A stretch of DNA of 64,000 nucleotides, taken from assembly GCA_951406725.2 (NCBI GenBank), contig OX597835.1, forward strand, positions 41,044,001 to 41,108,000, in the 5' to 3' direction. Within the stretch, counting starts at the first letter, position 1. The number at the start of each line of letters is the position of its first letter. A program made the translations under genes and the position numbers. Under the pieces are notes generated by a model that worked only from the letters and a program-made list of their open reading frames with translations, was not told the origin of the DNA and did no database searches. Shown here piece after piece: positions 63,215 through 64,000 of this stretch. This DNA comes from Octopus vulgaris. Taxonomy: Eukaryota.

Positions 63215-64000
63215 ACTAGCCGCTGGCTGCATCAATGTCAGTTGTCAGTAGAGAAGGGCTTGCGGATATAATGGGGGCCCTGCTCCCTTTCCTCACTAAA
63301 TTATGTTTGAAAAAGACGAAAGCTTTTCTGTTCTGCCTATCAGTCCAGGGTTGTAGACTTGGTACATCTGGTTTAATAACATTCCTTGACGCTTAGGTGT
63401 CTTTAATAAAGTCCAATCTGTTGTGGGGTAGACTTGACCCTTTAGTATTTAAACAGGCCATATCTGGCCCAAATATTCTACCTCTTTTCTGTTGAAACCA
63501 GCCAGATCTTATCTGTCGCACCTACCCTACAATGCCATTCTAAATATAAATAACCACATCATTGAAATCTCAAAGCTACAAGTTAATACATGATTAATTC
63601 AAAAACAAAGTGAATAAATAAGCCATTTGACATTTGAGAGAAGAATCTGAATGCATACAGTTAAGTTGCCTACATTAACACCACCACCTCACTTTTAGCT
63701 GCCTTTACAGGAGTTTACTATTGCAAACCTTCAGGCCAGCTCTCTGTTTTGAGGGTAATTTCTTCCTTTTTTCACCCCTAGTCTTGGTGGCCCTTCTCTC
63801 TTTGCTAACAGATAGAACACTACTTACTTTCACTTTCGCTTTGTCCATTTTGTTAAATTTCAGAATGCTAATATATAACATGCTGTTGTTGTTGTTGAGG
63901 CTTACATTCAAGTTAACTCTGAGCAAAGGCATTCCAGCTGTGACCATCCCATCTTTTTTAAGACTTAATTACCAAATGTTCCTTTCCTTATTTAAATCAA

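Overview
Eukaryotic, AT-rich, extremely repeat-dense animal DNA. The SINE repertoire and (TA)n/(CAT)n density point to a coleoid cephalopod, most likely Octopus (inference from recalled repeat families, not a search). One protein-coding gene is supported: the 5' half of a + strand USP16/USP45-family deubiquitinase. It is rebuilt from nine phase-consistent GT-AG exons (30233-61873) covering the ZnF-UBP domain and the catalytic Cys box GISNLGNTCFLNAVLQ, plus a candidate 18-nt microexon, and it continues beyond the window. The rest is mostly nested mobile DNA: several tRNA-headed SINE families, an RTE-related (ATG)n-tailed SINE with an internal minisatellite, two piggyBac-type MITE families, mariner and Helitron remnants, and 3' ends of CR1-, RTE- and Tx1/L1-type LINEs. 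The most interesting unannotated signals are: (i) several minimal hammerhead-ribozyme motifs in Penelope/retrozyme-like inserts, including one fused to a tRNA-derived Pol III head; (ii) LINE-SINE shared tails and tail swapping, with young SINEs landing at fixed positions inside older copies of their own family; (iii) long intronic fold-backs that could be A-to-I editing substrates; (iv) candidate alternative exons in the 18-kb intron. Almost all ORFs in the supplied track are repeat-derived noise. Repeat boundaries were read by eye and are approximate.
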